This document shows, one piece after another, positions 1 through 14,689 of a stretch of DNA of 64,000 nucleotides. Below the pieces are notes generated by a model, which saw nothing but the letters and a program-made list of their open reading frames with translations, did no database searches and had not been told where the DNA came from. Position numbers and translations under genes: made by a program. Numbering within the stretch: the stretch's first letter is position 1; every line of letters begins with the position of its first letter. Source of the DNA: Eledone cirrhosa (lineage: Eukaryota); the NCBI GenBank assembly GCA_964016885.1, contig OZ024751.1, positions 23,250,001 through 23,314,000 of the forward strand, given 5' to 3'.

Positions 1-115
1 CGAAACCGGTCATTTTTTATACCCTTTATTATTTCCTTACCTTATAAAATTATATGTTTTTTCACAAAAAAGTATTCTGTCTCTTATATATTCCATGTGC
101 CATTACCAACCTCAA

Positions 116-430
<315 letters not shown>

Positions 431-483
431 ATATATATATATAGGAATTGTATTATATATATATACGAATTTGTATTAGTTAA

Positions 484-536
<53 letters not shown>

Positions 537-648
537 CACACACACTTAACTAATACAAATTCGTTTTGGCAAGAGAAAAAAAGGAGAAACGAAGATAGGA
601 TTAAATACAACAAACAAGCCACATTAGCTGCCAAACTTGAATAAATCA

Positions 649-690
<42 letters not shown>

Positions 691-1425
691 AACATCATAT
701 ATATATATATATATATATGTTGTGTGTGTGCGTGTGCAAAAGAGATACCATAAAAAACACCGCTATAAGCTAGACGTATTATTGTGAGTTGCACAGGTTG
801 TTTTGCAACACGCACCCAAACACACACTTCAATTTATCTTGCAAAACTTATCAATGAAGACGAAAAAAAAAGTCTGTTTTGAAGTAAATAAAGCTATAAA
901 TATATCTTTTTTGATGAAATAGCATTTTCTGCATATTCTGCTAAATATGATTATGGAATCTCGTTACCTGAGTATTTATATATCTAAAAGCAGTTTTTAA
1001 TTACGAAAGATTTTTTATGCTACAAACGTCTAATGGATACAAATGGGTTATAGTAATAAATAGATAAAAAAGAAACAAAACAAAACAAAACAAAACAAAA
1101 CAAAACAAAACAAAACAAAAAAGATCGTGTTTACTACAGAAATTCATTACATTTGTGACCTTATGCTTAATAAATGTGAGAGGAATTCATTTTGATATAT
1201 ATATAATATAACTAAACTACGATGATTTTTCATGTAATTCATGGTGTGATACTAGAAACTTCTAATCTAAATATCCAGAGAATATATGATAACAGTAATG
1301 CTGAAAACAAGAAATATTTATTTATACACAAAAAATACATAAAACTGCAAAAGTGCCCCGCAAATGTAATTTTTTAAAATTATGTAATTTATAAAGAAAA
1401 TGAATTACAGACTTACACGCATGAC

Positions 1426-1472
<47 letters not shown>

Positions 1473-1477
1473 CATAT

Positions 1478-1576
<99 letters not shown>

Positions 1577-1583
1577 CATACAT

Positions 1584-1647
<64 letters not shown>

Positions 1648-1714
1648 TTATATATATATATATGTATATTTATTTATACATATATATTTTATATATATAT
1701 GTATATATATATAT

Positions 1715-2136
1715 TTAGGTTAGTTGGTTCACCACTGGATAGAACTGGTCATTCCATATGGTCAATCTCGATGTAATATTATGGAGAGTACTCAACGTAA
1801 TGCAACTCACCCGTCTTCGTTTGTGTTGGTGGTGGTGCGAGTACGGAGTTAATTATTATAAAATAACAGGAGGCTGGACTGGTGTAAATCCTTAAAAGGT
1901 TTATTATACTATGCAAATTTCAATGACCGGGTTCAGTATGAATCCGGTGATATCATCAGGCATTCGAAATATAACAAAGGAATATAACAGCTAAAATCCA
2001 TGGGGCTCAAAATCAGAGACAAGAGGACGACCGACTATTTAGCAGCTTCTACCTCAGTCGGTCGCCCTCTTGTCTCTTATTTACAGCCCCATGGATTTTA
2101 TCTGTTATATTCCTTTGTTATATTTCGAATACCTGA
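1715..2136 (-). mobile_element. Family C HHR element with diverged ~80-bp inverted repeat
   Basis: Inverted repeat 1957-2036 / 2056-2136 upstream of the HHR; tail carries TTGAGTAC; (TA)n on the left. Confidence 0.6.
1906..1963 (-). ncRNA. Type I hammerhead-like motif (family C)
   Basis: atgc CUGAUGA [stem II uAUCACCGGAUUCA/UGAACCCGGUCAUu] GAAA UUUGCA UA guau, followed by AATAAA. Confidence 0.6.
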
Positions 2137-2552
2137 ATATAAAAAAAAGTAATAAAAAGTAATTTGTTTTTGACCAGTATAATTCAACATAATATTTCAC
2201 TGTTACTACTCTTTATTCAAACAAAAACGAATGATGGATTCTTCCTTAACTGATAGAATTGTATATATTGCACATAGAATTGTATATATTGCATTAATAA
2301 CTTTCTGATACTTCTTCAAATTAATGGTTTATATAACACCTGCCTTACCTATAATTTGTCGCATGAAATGTTGACAAATTTTCAAATTACAGATATCACC
2401 ATGGTAGTAGAAGACTAAATCCAAACAATAAATATGTTTAACTACTAAGAACATTTAAAACATAAAATATCCATGTATGTATGCAGATCTCTCTCTCCCT
2501 CTCTCCCTCTCTCGCCTCTCTCTCTCTTTATATATATATATGAATATATACA

Positions 2553-2596
<44 letters not shown>

Positions 2597-2597
2597 C

Positions 2598-2686
<89 letters not shown>

Positions 2687-2877
2687 CACATATATATATA
2701 TATATATATAATATAGATGAGATTCTACAGGACTAGAACTGTTTCATTCTTTAGAAATCATCAGATTCCTGATGATTTCTAAAGAATGAAACAGTTCTAG
2801 TCCTGTAGAATCTCATCTATATTAAAACTTTTATACTCTGCAATGTATTGAGTACCTCCAATTCAACCCGGAATAAC

Positions 2878-2923
<46 letters not shown>

Positions 2924-3547
2924 CAGAGAGAGAAAGAGAGAACTTGCTAAATAGAATACAATACTATGAAATAAAATATGATGGATGACTGTAGGGAAAT
3001 TCTACAATTATTTGTGAAAAGATGAAAGGGGAAAATCCTTTGTAATATGAAAGTGAATTATTTATAATGGAATAAACAGAACAGAACAATTGCATTTATA
3101 TAAAAAAAAAAATAATTAAGTTCTTTTGAATTATTTGGATTGCAGGATTTGTCATGTACATAATATGATGCAAATATAGAAATAGTTTAAATTCTGCTCA
3201 TCTATGATTGCCTTTCAGCAAAAACACAGGAGATAATAAGTGGAGAATCTTTTTCCAATTTATTTTGACATATAACGGAAAGCTGACAAAAAGGAAGAAA
3301 TTAAAGGATTGTTGAGTGGAGAAAACAGTATTATCACGATCCATGAAAATAAATTTGGAAATTTGAACCCCCCCTCCTCCATAAAAAATGGAAGGAAATG
3401 AAATATTTGTAGAAAGGACTTGTTTTGGGTATTTTACATAAGATGTCAGCTTTTAAGTTACGCAAAGGAAATGATGTTGAAATTGAATTTAAATTTAGAA
3501 ATATTTGAAAGGGACAACACAACGACATATGTTCTTATTAAGAAATC

Positions 3548-4045
3548 ATTATTGGCAGTATCGGTAGAGGGTCGGACGCCATACTTCACATCATAGAGTT
3601 ACGGCCATTTACGGTCTGAGTTCAAATCCCACCGAGGTTAACTTTGTCTTTCATCCTTACGCGGCCGATAAAATAAAGTACCAGTAATGCACTGGGGTAA
3701 TTGCTGGCCTTGTGCCAAAAATAGAAACAATTATTGATGTTTTCGTTAAAGGCAGGGGATTGGCAGTATGGGTAAAGCGTCGGAGAAAATCCTTTGTAGT
3801 ATGTAGTTACGACATTCTACGTTCTGAGTTCAAATCCTGCTGAGGCCACATAAGCCTTCTCCTTCCGGGTGTCGATAAAATAAAGTACCAGTAACACACT
3901 TGGGTTGGTATATTTGACTTTCCCCTTCCCTAAATAATTTTGGCCTTGTGTCAAATACTTAGAAAGTATTATTAATGCTTTAGTTAAGGGCACTGGATTG
4001 GTAGAATCGGTAGAGCATTGGACAAAATGCTAGTCAGTATTTATT
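3548..4045 (+). mobile_element. Tandem run of tRNA-derived SINEs (two near-complete, one partial)
   Basis: A-box-like tggcagtatcggtaga, B-box gagttcaaatccc, central gcctttcatccttacggggtcgataaaataaagtaccag resembling the Meta/MESC SINE core. Confidence 0.85.
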
Positions 4046-4240
4046 GTGAATGTTAAAAGACACAGGGTATCAGGTACCATTCATTCACTCCACCCTCACC
4101 AACTTAACTTAAACTCTAGTAACTGAGATCGATTGTTTTTTCTTAATACTCCCTTCTGAAATTGGGGGAGATGTCCGGGGGTTGGGGTAGGGTGTTTATG
4201 TCATAAAATACGATGATATTTTCTTATGATAGTTTCTTAC

Positions 4241-4488
4241 CGTCGTGAATTGGTATCCTTTGTTTGATCTTCGGCTTTAATAAAAATTCGATACTTTGGG
4301 AAAGTACCTTTTCGACGTAAATCTCTGAGACTCTGAGCCACCATAAGGTTGCCGTTGTTGTCTATTTTGAAACGGCTTATGTCATTGAATTTTGTTTCTC
4401 CTCCATTTCTAGTCACTCGAGTAATTGTGTAGGCTATGGTACCGTTCTCAGCTAAATCAGGATCAGAGGCCTGGATATTTTCTGTAGG
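4241..4488 (-). CDS. Cadherin exon (PTENIQASDPDLAENGTIAYTI...FKIDNNGNL...YRIFIKAEDQTKDTNSR-R), phase 0-2
   Basis: Acceptor cgtatttcaccag, donor gtaaga; 248 nt; AxDxD, NGxIxY and AxD motifs. An alternative in-frame AG lies 18 nt further in. Confidence 0.93.
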
Positions 4489-4571
4489 CTGGTGAAATAC
4501 GAAGAATATATATATATCGGTTTCAACACACGATTTCAGATAAAGAATCTTGCTAAACAAATTCAGAAACG

Positions 4572-4621
<50 letters not shown>

Positions 4622-4626
<5 letters not shown>

Positions 4627-4811
4627 TGAGATTCTACAGGACTAGAACTGTTTCATTCTTTAGAAATCATCAGGAATCTGATTCCTGATGATTTCTAAAG
4701 AATGAAACAGTTCTAGTCCTGTAGAATCTCATCTATATTAAAACTTTTATACTCTGCTATGTATTGAGTACCTTACTTACTGTGGTTACCTCCGATTCAA
4801 CCCGGAATAAC

Positions 4812-4812
<1 letters not shown>
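4622..4812 (+). mobile_element. Family B fold-back HHR element; other copies 2713-2879, 20916-21020, 37018-37092
   Basis: ~58-bp inverted arms (tagatgagattctacagg...) plus a tail ending cccggaataacg, in (TA)n. Confidence 0.75.
4677..4730 (+). ncRNA. Hammerhead-like core (family B); second copy at about 2762-2812
   Basis: CUGAUGA uUUC-UAAA-GAAu GAAAC AGUUCUA GUC; stem I is irregular because it is cut by the fold-back junction. Confidence 0.45.
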
Positions 4813-4865
<53 letters not shown>

Positions 4866-5197
4866 CTATATATATATATATATATATGCATACATGCATA
4901 TACACACACACATATATACACACGCACACATATACATATACACACATACATACATACATACACAAACATCCACACACATCCACATCCACATCCACACATA
5001 CACACATATATATATATATATAGCTAAAACCGTCAATTGCCTTAACTTAAAACTATTACATAATAGTTTCAATATAGGCTGAAGATCTGGGGCCTGTCTC
5101 AGGAAATATCTGAAATAGACAATCAAAGAAACTATTGTACCTAAATGACAGCATAGTCAGTGTAATAAATATCTCTAGACCAAAATTTACCACACGG

Positions 5198-5613
5198 TTT
5201 GAGTGCTCTCCCAAACACACACACGCATATATTAGGGTGGTGGATTGGCAGTATCGGTAGAGGGTCAAACACCATGCTTTGCAACATAGAGTTATGGCCC
5301 TTTACCAACTGAGTTCAAATCCCACCGAGGTTAACTTTGCCTTTCATCCTTACGGGGTCGATAAAATAAAGTATATATATATATAACAGTTTCTCCTTTT
5401 GGCACAAGGCCAGCAATTATCCCAGTGCATTACTGGTACTTTATTTTATCGACCTCGTAAGGATGAAAGGCAAAGTTAACCTCGGTGGGATTTGAACTGA
5501 GACCGCAAAGAGCCATAACTCTATGTTGCAAAGCATGGTGTCTGACCCTCTACCGATACTGCCAATCCACCACCCTAATATATGCGTGTGTGTGTTTGGG
5601 AGAGCACTCAAAC
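5198..5613. mobile_element. Inverted SINE pair including duplicated flank
   Basis: SINE on + at 5235-5373 and on - at 5385-5575; the inverted identity extends into non-SINE flank. Confidence 0.8.
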
Positions 5614-5890
5614 TCGACAGAAATGAAATAACCCCGATTCTTCAGCGTGTGTAAGGCTATACATTTCAGACAACACTAAGAGAATTTAAAAATGACTGTC
5701 CAGCTACACGTGGGAGAGAGAAGTCACAGCGTGTTTAAGGGCAGGTATTTATTTACGTTTTAATTTATATTTTTAATTATCGTGACTATAGTCTGCCTTT
5801 CATAGGTTATAGATTCCATACACTGGTGGTTTTTCCCTGTTTTATTGATAGCGCACTGTATCTCTCTCTAGTGTGTTACCTTTTGAACAT

Positions 5891-5923
<33 letters not shown>

Positions 5924-6010
5924 GAAAATCGTCAGGACCCCGACGCCAGAGCTCAAACAGCCGGCTTTGGGCTCTGCCGTCGGGGTCATGACCCTTTTCC
6001 TATATATATA

Positions 6011-6444
6011 TATTGCTATGCTTTGGGAGAGTCATGTTGCCAATAAGAAACACACGCACCAGTTGCTTTCACTTCAATTTATTATAAATTAAATTTATAA
6101 ATTTAAGAATTTATAAATTTCCGGTTGGTTGGTTGATTCCACAACCAGACGATTGTTCATATATTGTCAAAGTTCTTTCGTCACACATTCTGTGACTTCT
6201 TCAGTTATTGGGGTTTATTTTCTTTGAAGAGGTCATAGAATGTGTGACGAAAGAACTTTGACAATATATGAACAATCGTCTGGTTGTGGAACCAACCAGC
6301 CAACCGGATATTTATAAATTCTTAAATTTATAAATTTAATTTATAATAAATTGAAGTGAAAGCACCTGGTGCGTGTGTTTCTTATTGGCAACATGACCCT
6401 CCCAAAGCATAACAATATCGGTTTCAACACACGTTTTCAGATAA

Positions 6445-6447
<3 letters not shown>
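6011..6447 (+). mobile_element. Family E fold-back HHR element; related pieces 4515-4573, 23340-23560, 37125-37212, 38780-38870
   Basis: ~190-bp slightly diverged inverted arms plus tail cggtttcaacacacg; (TA)n flanks. Confidence 0.75.
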
Positions 6448-6512
<65 letters not shown>

Positions 6513-7019
6513 CGAGTGCGGTGTATTTTTGCAGTGAATGCTGTAATGTTATAGAGCTATAAATGAATTCTTATAGGTCAGTCAGTTTTCAGTTAACACA
6601 GTTGACTTTAGGGTCAATGTTTTTCTCGCTTAATGTAGTAATATAAGTAACTACACCACTACATCAGATAATATCCGATGTTTTCAGCCAATAATGCCTT
6701 CAGCTATGATTAGCAATGGAAATGAAGATGTTCTCTATACGGAGGTTTTTCAATCGGTCAGACATCTCATTTGAAGTAGAATCTATATTTCTCACACAAA
6801 ACAAAGACAGGTGTTTTGAAAATAAGATAAATGTAAACAGAAATACGTTAAGCCAGACAATCATAACGCTAGGAAAATTATGTTTCTTTTTACGTCCCGA
6901 AAAGTAACACAACACAATCTGTATTGAACTTACCTCAGGAATTATCGAAGCAATATGAGTGTTTGAAATATGAACATGTGAGAGTCCCAAACGTGGAAAA
7001 TAACTGTAAAACATTGTCG

Positions 7020-7059
7020 ATGATGATAATGCCTATGATGATGATGATGCTGATGATGC

Positions 7060-7104
<45 letters not shown>

Positions 7105-7230
7105 CGACGACGATGATGATGACGACGACGAAGCCTTTGTTGAGGATGATGATGATGATGATGATGATAAAGATGATGATGGTGATAAAGATGATGATGA
7201 CTACGATGATGATGATGATGATGATGACGA

Positions 7231-7278
<48 letters not shown>

Positions 7279-7307
7279 TGCAGCCGATGATGACGAAGCC
7301 TTTGTTG

Positions 7308-7360
<53 letters not shown>

Positions 7361-7560
7361 AAAGGTGATGATGACTACGATGACGATGATGATGGTGATG
7401 ATGATGACGATGATGATGATGATGGCGATGACGATGATGATGATGATGACGAAGCCTTTGTTGAGGATGATGAAGCCTTTGTTGATGATGATGATGATGA
7501 TGATGATGCCTTTATTGAGGATGATGATGATGATGATGATAATAAATATGATGAAGATGA
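7020..7560. repeat. (GAT/GAC)n trinucleotide tract with recurring gaagcctttgttgagg interruption
   Basis: Seen directly; explains the poly-Met and poly-Ser ORFs. Confidence 0.95.
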
Positions 7561-7612
7561 CACAGCATACGTAGTTATTTGTTATTTATCAAATGAATAA
7601 CTGTTATCTTAC

Positions 7613-7777
7613 TGGATGGACAGGCTCATTGAACGGAATGTTATCTTTGATTTCGTATTTGTAGAACCGTTTTTTAAATTTCGGCGTGTTATCGTTAACA
7701 TCTTTCACTTTGAGAAGGACTCGAGCATGGGGGCTGCTAACTTTTCTTTCTTCACTTTTCGTTTCGACAGCACGCAC
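7613..7777 (-). CDS. Cadherin exon (VRAVETKSEERKVSSPHARVLLKVKDVNDNTPKFKKRFYKYEIKDNIPFNEPVHP)
   Basis: Acceptor cttcattccgcag, donor gtaaga; 165 nt; canonical DVNDNxPxF. Confidence 0.95.
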
Positions 7778-8800
7778 CTGCGGAATGAAGAATTGAATAG
7801 TTGGAATAATTCTGTATAATTAAGCTGTTAACATACTCAGCAGTTGATAACATGATTTCAACATTTTAAACTATCAGTCATTATCTTGCTCTTATGTAGT
7901 AGGGGGAAAAAAAAATAGAAAATAATTAGCTTCTGAAAACAAAATGTTGGAAAATTGATATGTAAGAAAAATGTTGTAGTAGAGATTTCAGTATAATGTG
8001 TATAATGAGGAACGCTAGGAAATCACGTCTATACAACAATGGTTTGTAAGGAATCGAAAAGGAAAGTAACACTTTGTTTGACGTCTCAATAGGGAACTGT
8101 GATAGAACTTATGTAAATCAAAGGATTGTTCAGTGTAGACTCATCAAGAAAGCACACAACTCCGCTTTAGATTGTATTCACATAACAAACTTATATAGAA
8201 AGTAGAGACGTTTAGAGAAAGAAGTTAATAGGAATATACAAGCTTAGTTAAAATAATTATCAACGCCAGTTTAAAGATGGCTAATTTCTTCTACATAGAT
8301 ATAGTTCTACATTTAAACACAGGCAAACACTTTCTCTACAGAAAGCTAACAGGAGCTACCAAGAACATCATATGTGTATACATGCAGAAAATTCTATCCG
8401 TTCAGATCATAAATATTATAAGAGTAAAATGGAGTGGGAGAGAGAAGAACGACAGAGAAAGCAGAGAAATAATAAAGAACTGATCAAGAAGAGGTGAGGT
8501 AAAGTAATAGGTAATGACACATATATGGTTAGTCAGACGGTAGAGAGAGGGTAACACGTATATACCATCAGTTTATTACATTATCCTATTATGCACATTT
8601 AAAAAACATCAAAGTCGCTGTGTAACACATATTTGATGTGTTATCAGGCAGGTATTTATGTGTTGTGCTATTTCGTTTTTGTTATGCTTGCCATAGTATG
8701 GAACTCGATATTGACTCTCTGGCTACACGTGTAGGTGAAATACCGGAGTAACACGGTTCACTACATAGCCATATTAAATGAATATTTAAACTCTACCTCG

Positions 8801-8877
<77 letters not shown>

Positions 8878-9385
8878 TGAGAGAGAATGTAAAGAGAGAG
8901 GGACTGTAAAAGGTAGAGAAGTAAAATAAACGGATTATCTACTGTGGTGACATCGTAGAAGTAGGTGAGAATGCATTTAATCAACAGGTGAAAATATGAC
9001 GTCTTCATCGACGGATTTAACTCACTTCAAAAACAAGATTTTAAATCGCTTTTAAACATAAAAAAAACGAAAATCTAACTTACAAATGAATTTACAACTA
9101 AAAATCTCCATATATATATATATATAACGAAGGAAATGTGGTAAGGAACCAGGTGGACCATAACGCACCAAAGTACTCAATACTTGGGGTAGTAGAGTGG
9201 GTAATAGGAACCAGTAAGACCCCGACGGCTGAGCTCAAGCCGTTTCGACGGCTAATTCAGAAATAGCCGTCGAAACGGCTTGAGCTCAGCCGTCGGGGTC
9301 TTACTGGTTCCTATATATATATATATATATATATATATTTCGTTTCTGACCCTCCCAAAGCATAACAATATATATATATATATAT

Positions 9386-9430
<45 letters not shown>

Positions 9431-9694
9431 AATATACACACACATATATGAACTATGGTTGTACTTCTGTATAATTCACTTAACACACATTCGTATAGTA
9501 TCTATGCACAGTATATCTCATATAAAGGAATTCTACGGTATATATAAATGAAACAAAATAAAGAAAAACAAAACAGAAAAAGAGAAAGAAATCTGAATCT
9601 AATGTGATTTGAAAATTGAGGAAATGTTAAGTTTATTTATATTCAGTTATCTTGAATTTTACATATATGGATTTTTGTCATCATCTGTGTAACG

Positions 9695-9745
<51 letters not shown>

Positions 9746-9756
9746 TAAGTTGAAAC

Positions 9757-9792
<36 letters not shown>

Positions 9793-9903
9793 TCAGATGT
9801 GTCACTAGGTTATTTGTTTTGGTATCATTTCGAAAAATTTCTATAACTTATTGAATTAATACAATTGTTCAAAACTTGTTTCGTTGACATCCTAATGCTA
9901 TTT

Positions 9904-9993
<90 letters not shown>

Positions 9994-10212
9994 TCTCTCT
10001 CTCTCACAGAGATATTTATCAAATTTATTTCCTGTTAGAAACAATACAAATGTTATTTACAAAATTACATATTTGGAGAAGTACAAACTCGACATTAAAA
10101 TCTGATTATATCGATTCGACTTAGTCACACCACCATACACTTTATTTGTGTCATTTTTCAAAACATTTTAAAAATAAGGACAATCTAATAATGTGTTGAG
10201 GCTGCATTTGAG

Positions 10213-11013
10213 GCTGTGAATTGGCAGGGTCGTTAGAGTATCGAATAGAATGCTTGTGCTACTCTTTCCAGCTATCTGCTCTCTGAGTTCAAATCTCGTA
10301 GTCGTCAACTTTACTTTCATCATTTCGAGGTCGATAAAAGAAGTACCATCAAAGCTAACTTTGGCGGAATTTGAACTCAGAACGTAAAGATATGCCACGA
10401 TGCTCTACCGTTGTTATCAATCCACCGCCCAGAAATGAAACAAATAATGGTTTCTGATTTAGGCATAAGGTCAACAATTTGGCGAGGAGAAAGTCGATTA
10501 AACTGACCCCAGTGTGTTACTGGTATTTTATTTCATCGACCCCGTAAGCACGAAAGGCAAAGCTAACCTCGGTGGGTTTTGAACTCAGAACGTAAATGGC
10601 CATAACTATATATGCTCCAAAGCCTGTTGTCCGACGCTCTACTGATACTGCTGCTAACACTACTTAATAGTAATACTACTTAATAGTAATATTATAAAAT
10701 AAATATGAAAATTTACTAGACAACGTCTTAATTTAGAAAATACCCGCAGCTAACTTATTAATGACTAGAAAAATAATTAATTAAAATCTGTCTTTTATTA
10801 TTTGTTTTATTATTTGTTTTGAGGGCGGTGGATTGGCAGTATTGGTAGAGGGTCGGACGCCATGCTGTGATGTATAGAGTTACAGTCCTTGCCATTCTGA
10901 GTTCAAATCCCGCCGAGGATAACTTTGCCTTTCATCCTTACGGGGTCGATAAAATAAAGTACCAGTAATGCACTGAGTATTTGCTGGCCTTGTGCCAAAC
11001 GTAGAAACAATTA
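10213..11013. mobile_element. Cluster of four SINE copies in both orientations
   Basis: Same A/B-box and core motifs at about 10213-10345(+), 10345-10430(-), 10445-10650(-), 10821-11013(+). Confidence 0.8.
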
Positions 11014-11284
11014 TTTGTTTTGTCTAATTATTAAATAGACTTACTCTATTAGAAATAAAGTTTATGTATTTGTTATTGGTTTTAATTTATTTGAAATGTC
11101 TAATTAATTGTAGGAGCCACAAAATGTCAATAAATTAGTGATACTGGAAATTAATTGTATCAATGATTCAGAGTATACCATGGCAAATGAAATACCAAAA
11201 TCATTTACTGCCCAGTTGTTTATATATATATATATATTTCTTCATTGTTCTGTATCGTTTACTATGTTATTTCTGTTTGCCTTT

Positions 11285-11329
<45 letters not shown>

Positions 11330-11551
11330 CTTTATTGTTCTGTATCGTTTACTATGTTATTTCTGTTTGCTTTTTGCATATATATATATATATATATATA
11401 TACTTAGGTTAATAGGAGTTAGGTATTGTATACCCGTGTCCCATTAAGGTATTGGCAGCATCAGCATAATAATTAGCTCTATGCTTTGGAGCAGAGCCGT
11501 ATATATGATAAAGAACACAAGAGCGTCTACAACATCAAAAGATTTTTATTG

Positions 11552-11596
11552 GCTTACAATGTTTCTTCCTTACGTAACCGTAGGATTCGTCAGAGC
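11552..11596 (-). ncRNA. Minimal type I hammerhead motif
   Basis: gcu CUGACGA aUCCUACG-GUUA-CGUAaGGAa GAAAC AUU GUA agc, followed by AATAAA. Confidence 0.6.
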
Positions 11597-12419
11597 TATA
11601 AAAGGGGTTTGATTGGTGTTATGGACTCTACCAACCAAACATTCAAGAACAAAGAGTAAAGAGAGTAAAGAGCAAAAGTAGAGGACGATAAGTCTAATTT
11701 TGGTGCGGGAGGGTGGGGAGGGTGTGGTGTGGGTCCTTGTTTACTAGCTGCGATCATATTCATTCCCGGGAGTCGAGTGGTTAGTTGAGCCATAGATGGG
11801 GTGGCTTCGATAGTAGGATGCAGAGGGTGTGCAGAGGCTACACTCACACAAAGGGCATACAATATATATAACGGAGGAGAAAGTACATGAGGTAATTAGA
11901 AATGGAAAAAGAGTAATAATAATAATCTATAATTAATTGTTTCTACTTTAGGCACAAGGCCAGCAATTACCCAGTGCATTACTGGTACTTTATTTTATCG
12001 ACCCCGTAAGGATGAAAGGCAAAGTCAACCTCGGCGGGATTTGAACTCAGATCGTAAAGGGACGTAAATAATCTATAATTAATAATGTATAATAAGGCAT
12101 GGGGAAGATTACACTATAATAAGGTATAAAAGTAAGAATAAGGTAAAATATAAAGGAGGATAAAAGTGAAAATAAGAATAAAGATAAAAAATATATATAA
12201 AAAAATATATAGAGAATATATAAAGAAATATAAGCAAGTATTTGAAGGGGAAAACACAATGTAAAAAAAAAAAACGATTTTTTCAAATAATAATATTATA
12301 AATATGGGGGGAGAAACGGGATAGAGAAATATAATCAAATGTGATTAGTTGAGAGAATATAAGATGATAATAGTTATGTCAACTTTATACATCTTAATAA
12401 TAAATAATCTGTACATCAG

Positions 12420-12840
12420 AGTTACACATCCTTCAATTCACTTGCAGGTTCAAGCCACGTGGCATAGTCCATTGTTCATCTGTGCGGTCATGTGCGTTTG
12501 TTTTTGACACCACAGCAGATGCACAAGTTCGTAAATTCCAATGCAGATAGAAATCTATTTTTGCTCACCCGGACATTGACGGAGGATCCAATATTCCTAG
12601 TTCAATATGTGTGTGGTGTTATTTTGGTCGCACAAATCAATCACTTGGTTCAATATTATGGAGTATGGTTTTCTGGTCTTCGTAACAGTGTCAGTGGTTG
12701 TATATCTCGAAATCACCAGGATCACAGTACTCCGGTTTGGTGTGATTATCGGTCATCCAACTATGTTGTGGGTAGTTGGATTCAACTCTATTGCCTCGAA
12801 CGTAGAACTTTGGTGTCGATTGAACATTAACGAGGCAGTT
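12420..12840 (-). pseudogene. Possible LTR-retrotransposon integrase relic
   Basis: One frame reads FLSALEFTNLCICCGVKNKRT*PH, resembling the rve core FxSxEFxxFCxxxGIxxxxTxPY; heavily decayed. Confidence 0.35.
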
Positions 12841-12943
12841 CAAACAAATGCATACATACACATAGAGACACACTCATACACACACATGCTAACATACATA
12901 TCTACCCATACAAATCTTCACATATACCTATACATACATTCAT

Positions 12944-12980
<37 letters not shown>

Positions 12981-13154
12981 CTGTATAATATATATATATA
13001 GAGATATATACATACATATATATAATATATACATACATATATATAATATATACATACATATATATAATATATACATATATATATATAATATATACATATA
13101 TATATATAATATATACATATATATATATAATATATACATACATATATATAATAT

Positions 13155-13208
<54 letters not shown>

Positions 13209-13255
13209 TGTATGTATGTATCTGTGTGTATGTATGTGTATATATATATATATTA

Positions 13256-13286
<31 letters not shown>

Positions 13287-13365
13287 TACACACAGATACA
13301 TACATACACATCATACATACATACATACCAACACATATATCACCCACTAAATTCTACACAAACAG

Positions 13366-13420
<55 letters not shown>

Positions 13421-13840
13421 TACATATGCATACATACATATACGCGTAACAACACATACATATCCACAACCAGACAATCACACACGCTCTCTCACACACA
13501 CACATAATAGATTATATCAAATGTGTATTTTTTTTGTTTAACAGAAATAATCGTTTATATTTTTGAATAAGAATAGATATTCCCCGAAGGAGTCAATTAA
13601 GACGATGGTTTCCTATCGTAAGAATAAGGAAAAAAAAACACCTTCAGAGTGAAAAAAATATTTTTATCTATTTGACATCTTCAGACAATTCAGAGAGGCC
13701 ACTATCTATATTCCTATATATTTTGAATATGTTTCTTCATTGCGCCAATTAAATACTGTGTTGTGTACATAGAGGTTTGTGTGTGTATGTATGTATGTAT
13801 GTATGTATGTATGTATGTATGTATGTATGTATGTACGTAC

Positions 13841-13977
<137 letters not shown>

Positions 13978-13984
13978 CACACAC

Positions 13985-14029
<45 letters not shown>

Positions 14030-14069
14030 CACACATACATACAGATCCATAGAGACAACATACATATTT

Positions 14070-14132
<63 letters not shown>

Positions 14133-14317
14133 GTACATATTATATATATATATATACCCACACGCACATACACATATATTAATAACATCCTCACATCAAT
14201 TAAATAGGTAGTGATGTCAACTTTGATGTTTCAAACGCCATTTTTTTTAAAGTGTTAACCCCGGAGCAACAAAAGGCTGAATCAGCAATATAAAATCTAT
14301 GAATTCATTGTTATGTA

Positions 14318-14457
<140 letters not shown>

Positions 14458-14539
14458 CATACATAGAGAGAGATATACATATATATATATATACATATAT
14501 ATGTATGTGTATATATATATATATATATATATAAATATA

Positions 14540-14579
<40 letters not shown>

Positions 14580-14581
14580 TA

Positions 14582-14640
<59 letters not shown>

Positions 14641-14689
14641 ACATATATATATACGCATATATATAATTATAGTGTATGTGAGTATATAG

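Noticed and set aside
1806-1900. gtgagt donor suggesting a further cadherin exon
   Set aside because: It lies in the tail of a family C element and no frame gives a cadherin motif.
3548-3640. tRNA genes at A/B-box motifs
   Set aside because: These are SINE heads: over-long A-B spacing, no cloverleaf, and always followed by the SINE core.
5060-5109. Exon-like segment IFPETGPRSSAYIETI after a good acceptor
   Set aside because: Weak donor and incompatible phase; exons 7613-7777 and 4241-4488 already join seamlessly.
6924-7574. 216-aa poly-Met ORF (reflectin-like composition considered)
   Set aside because: A pure (GAT)n tract antisense within an intron; it lacks reflectin's Tyr/Arg/Pro-rich motif.
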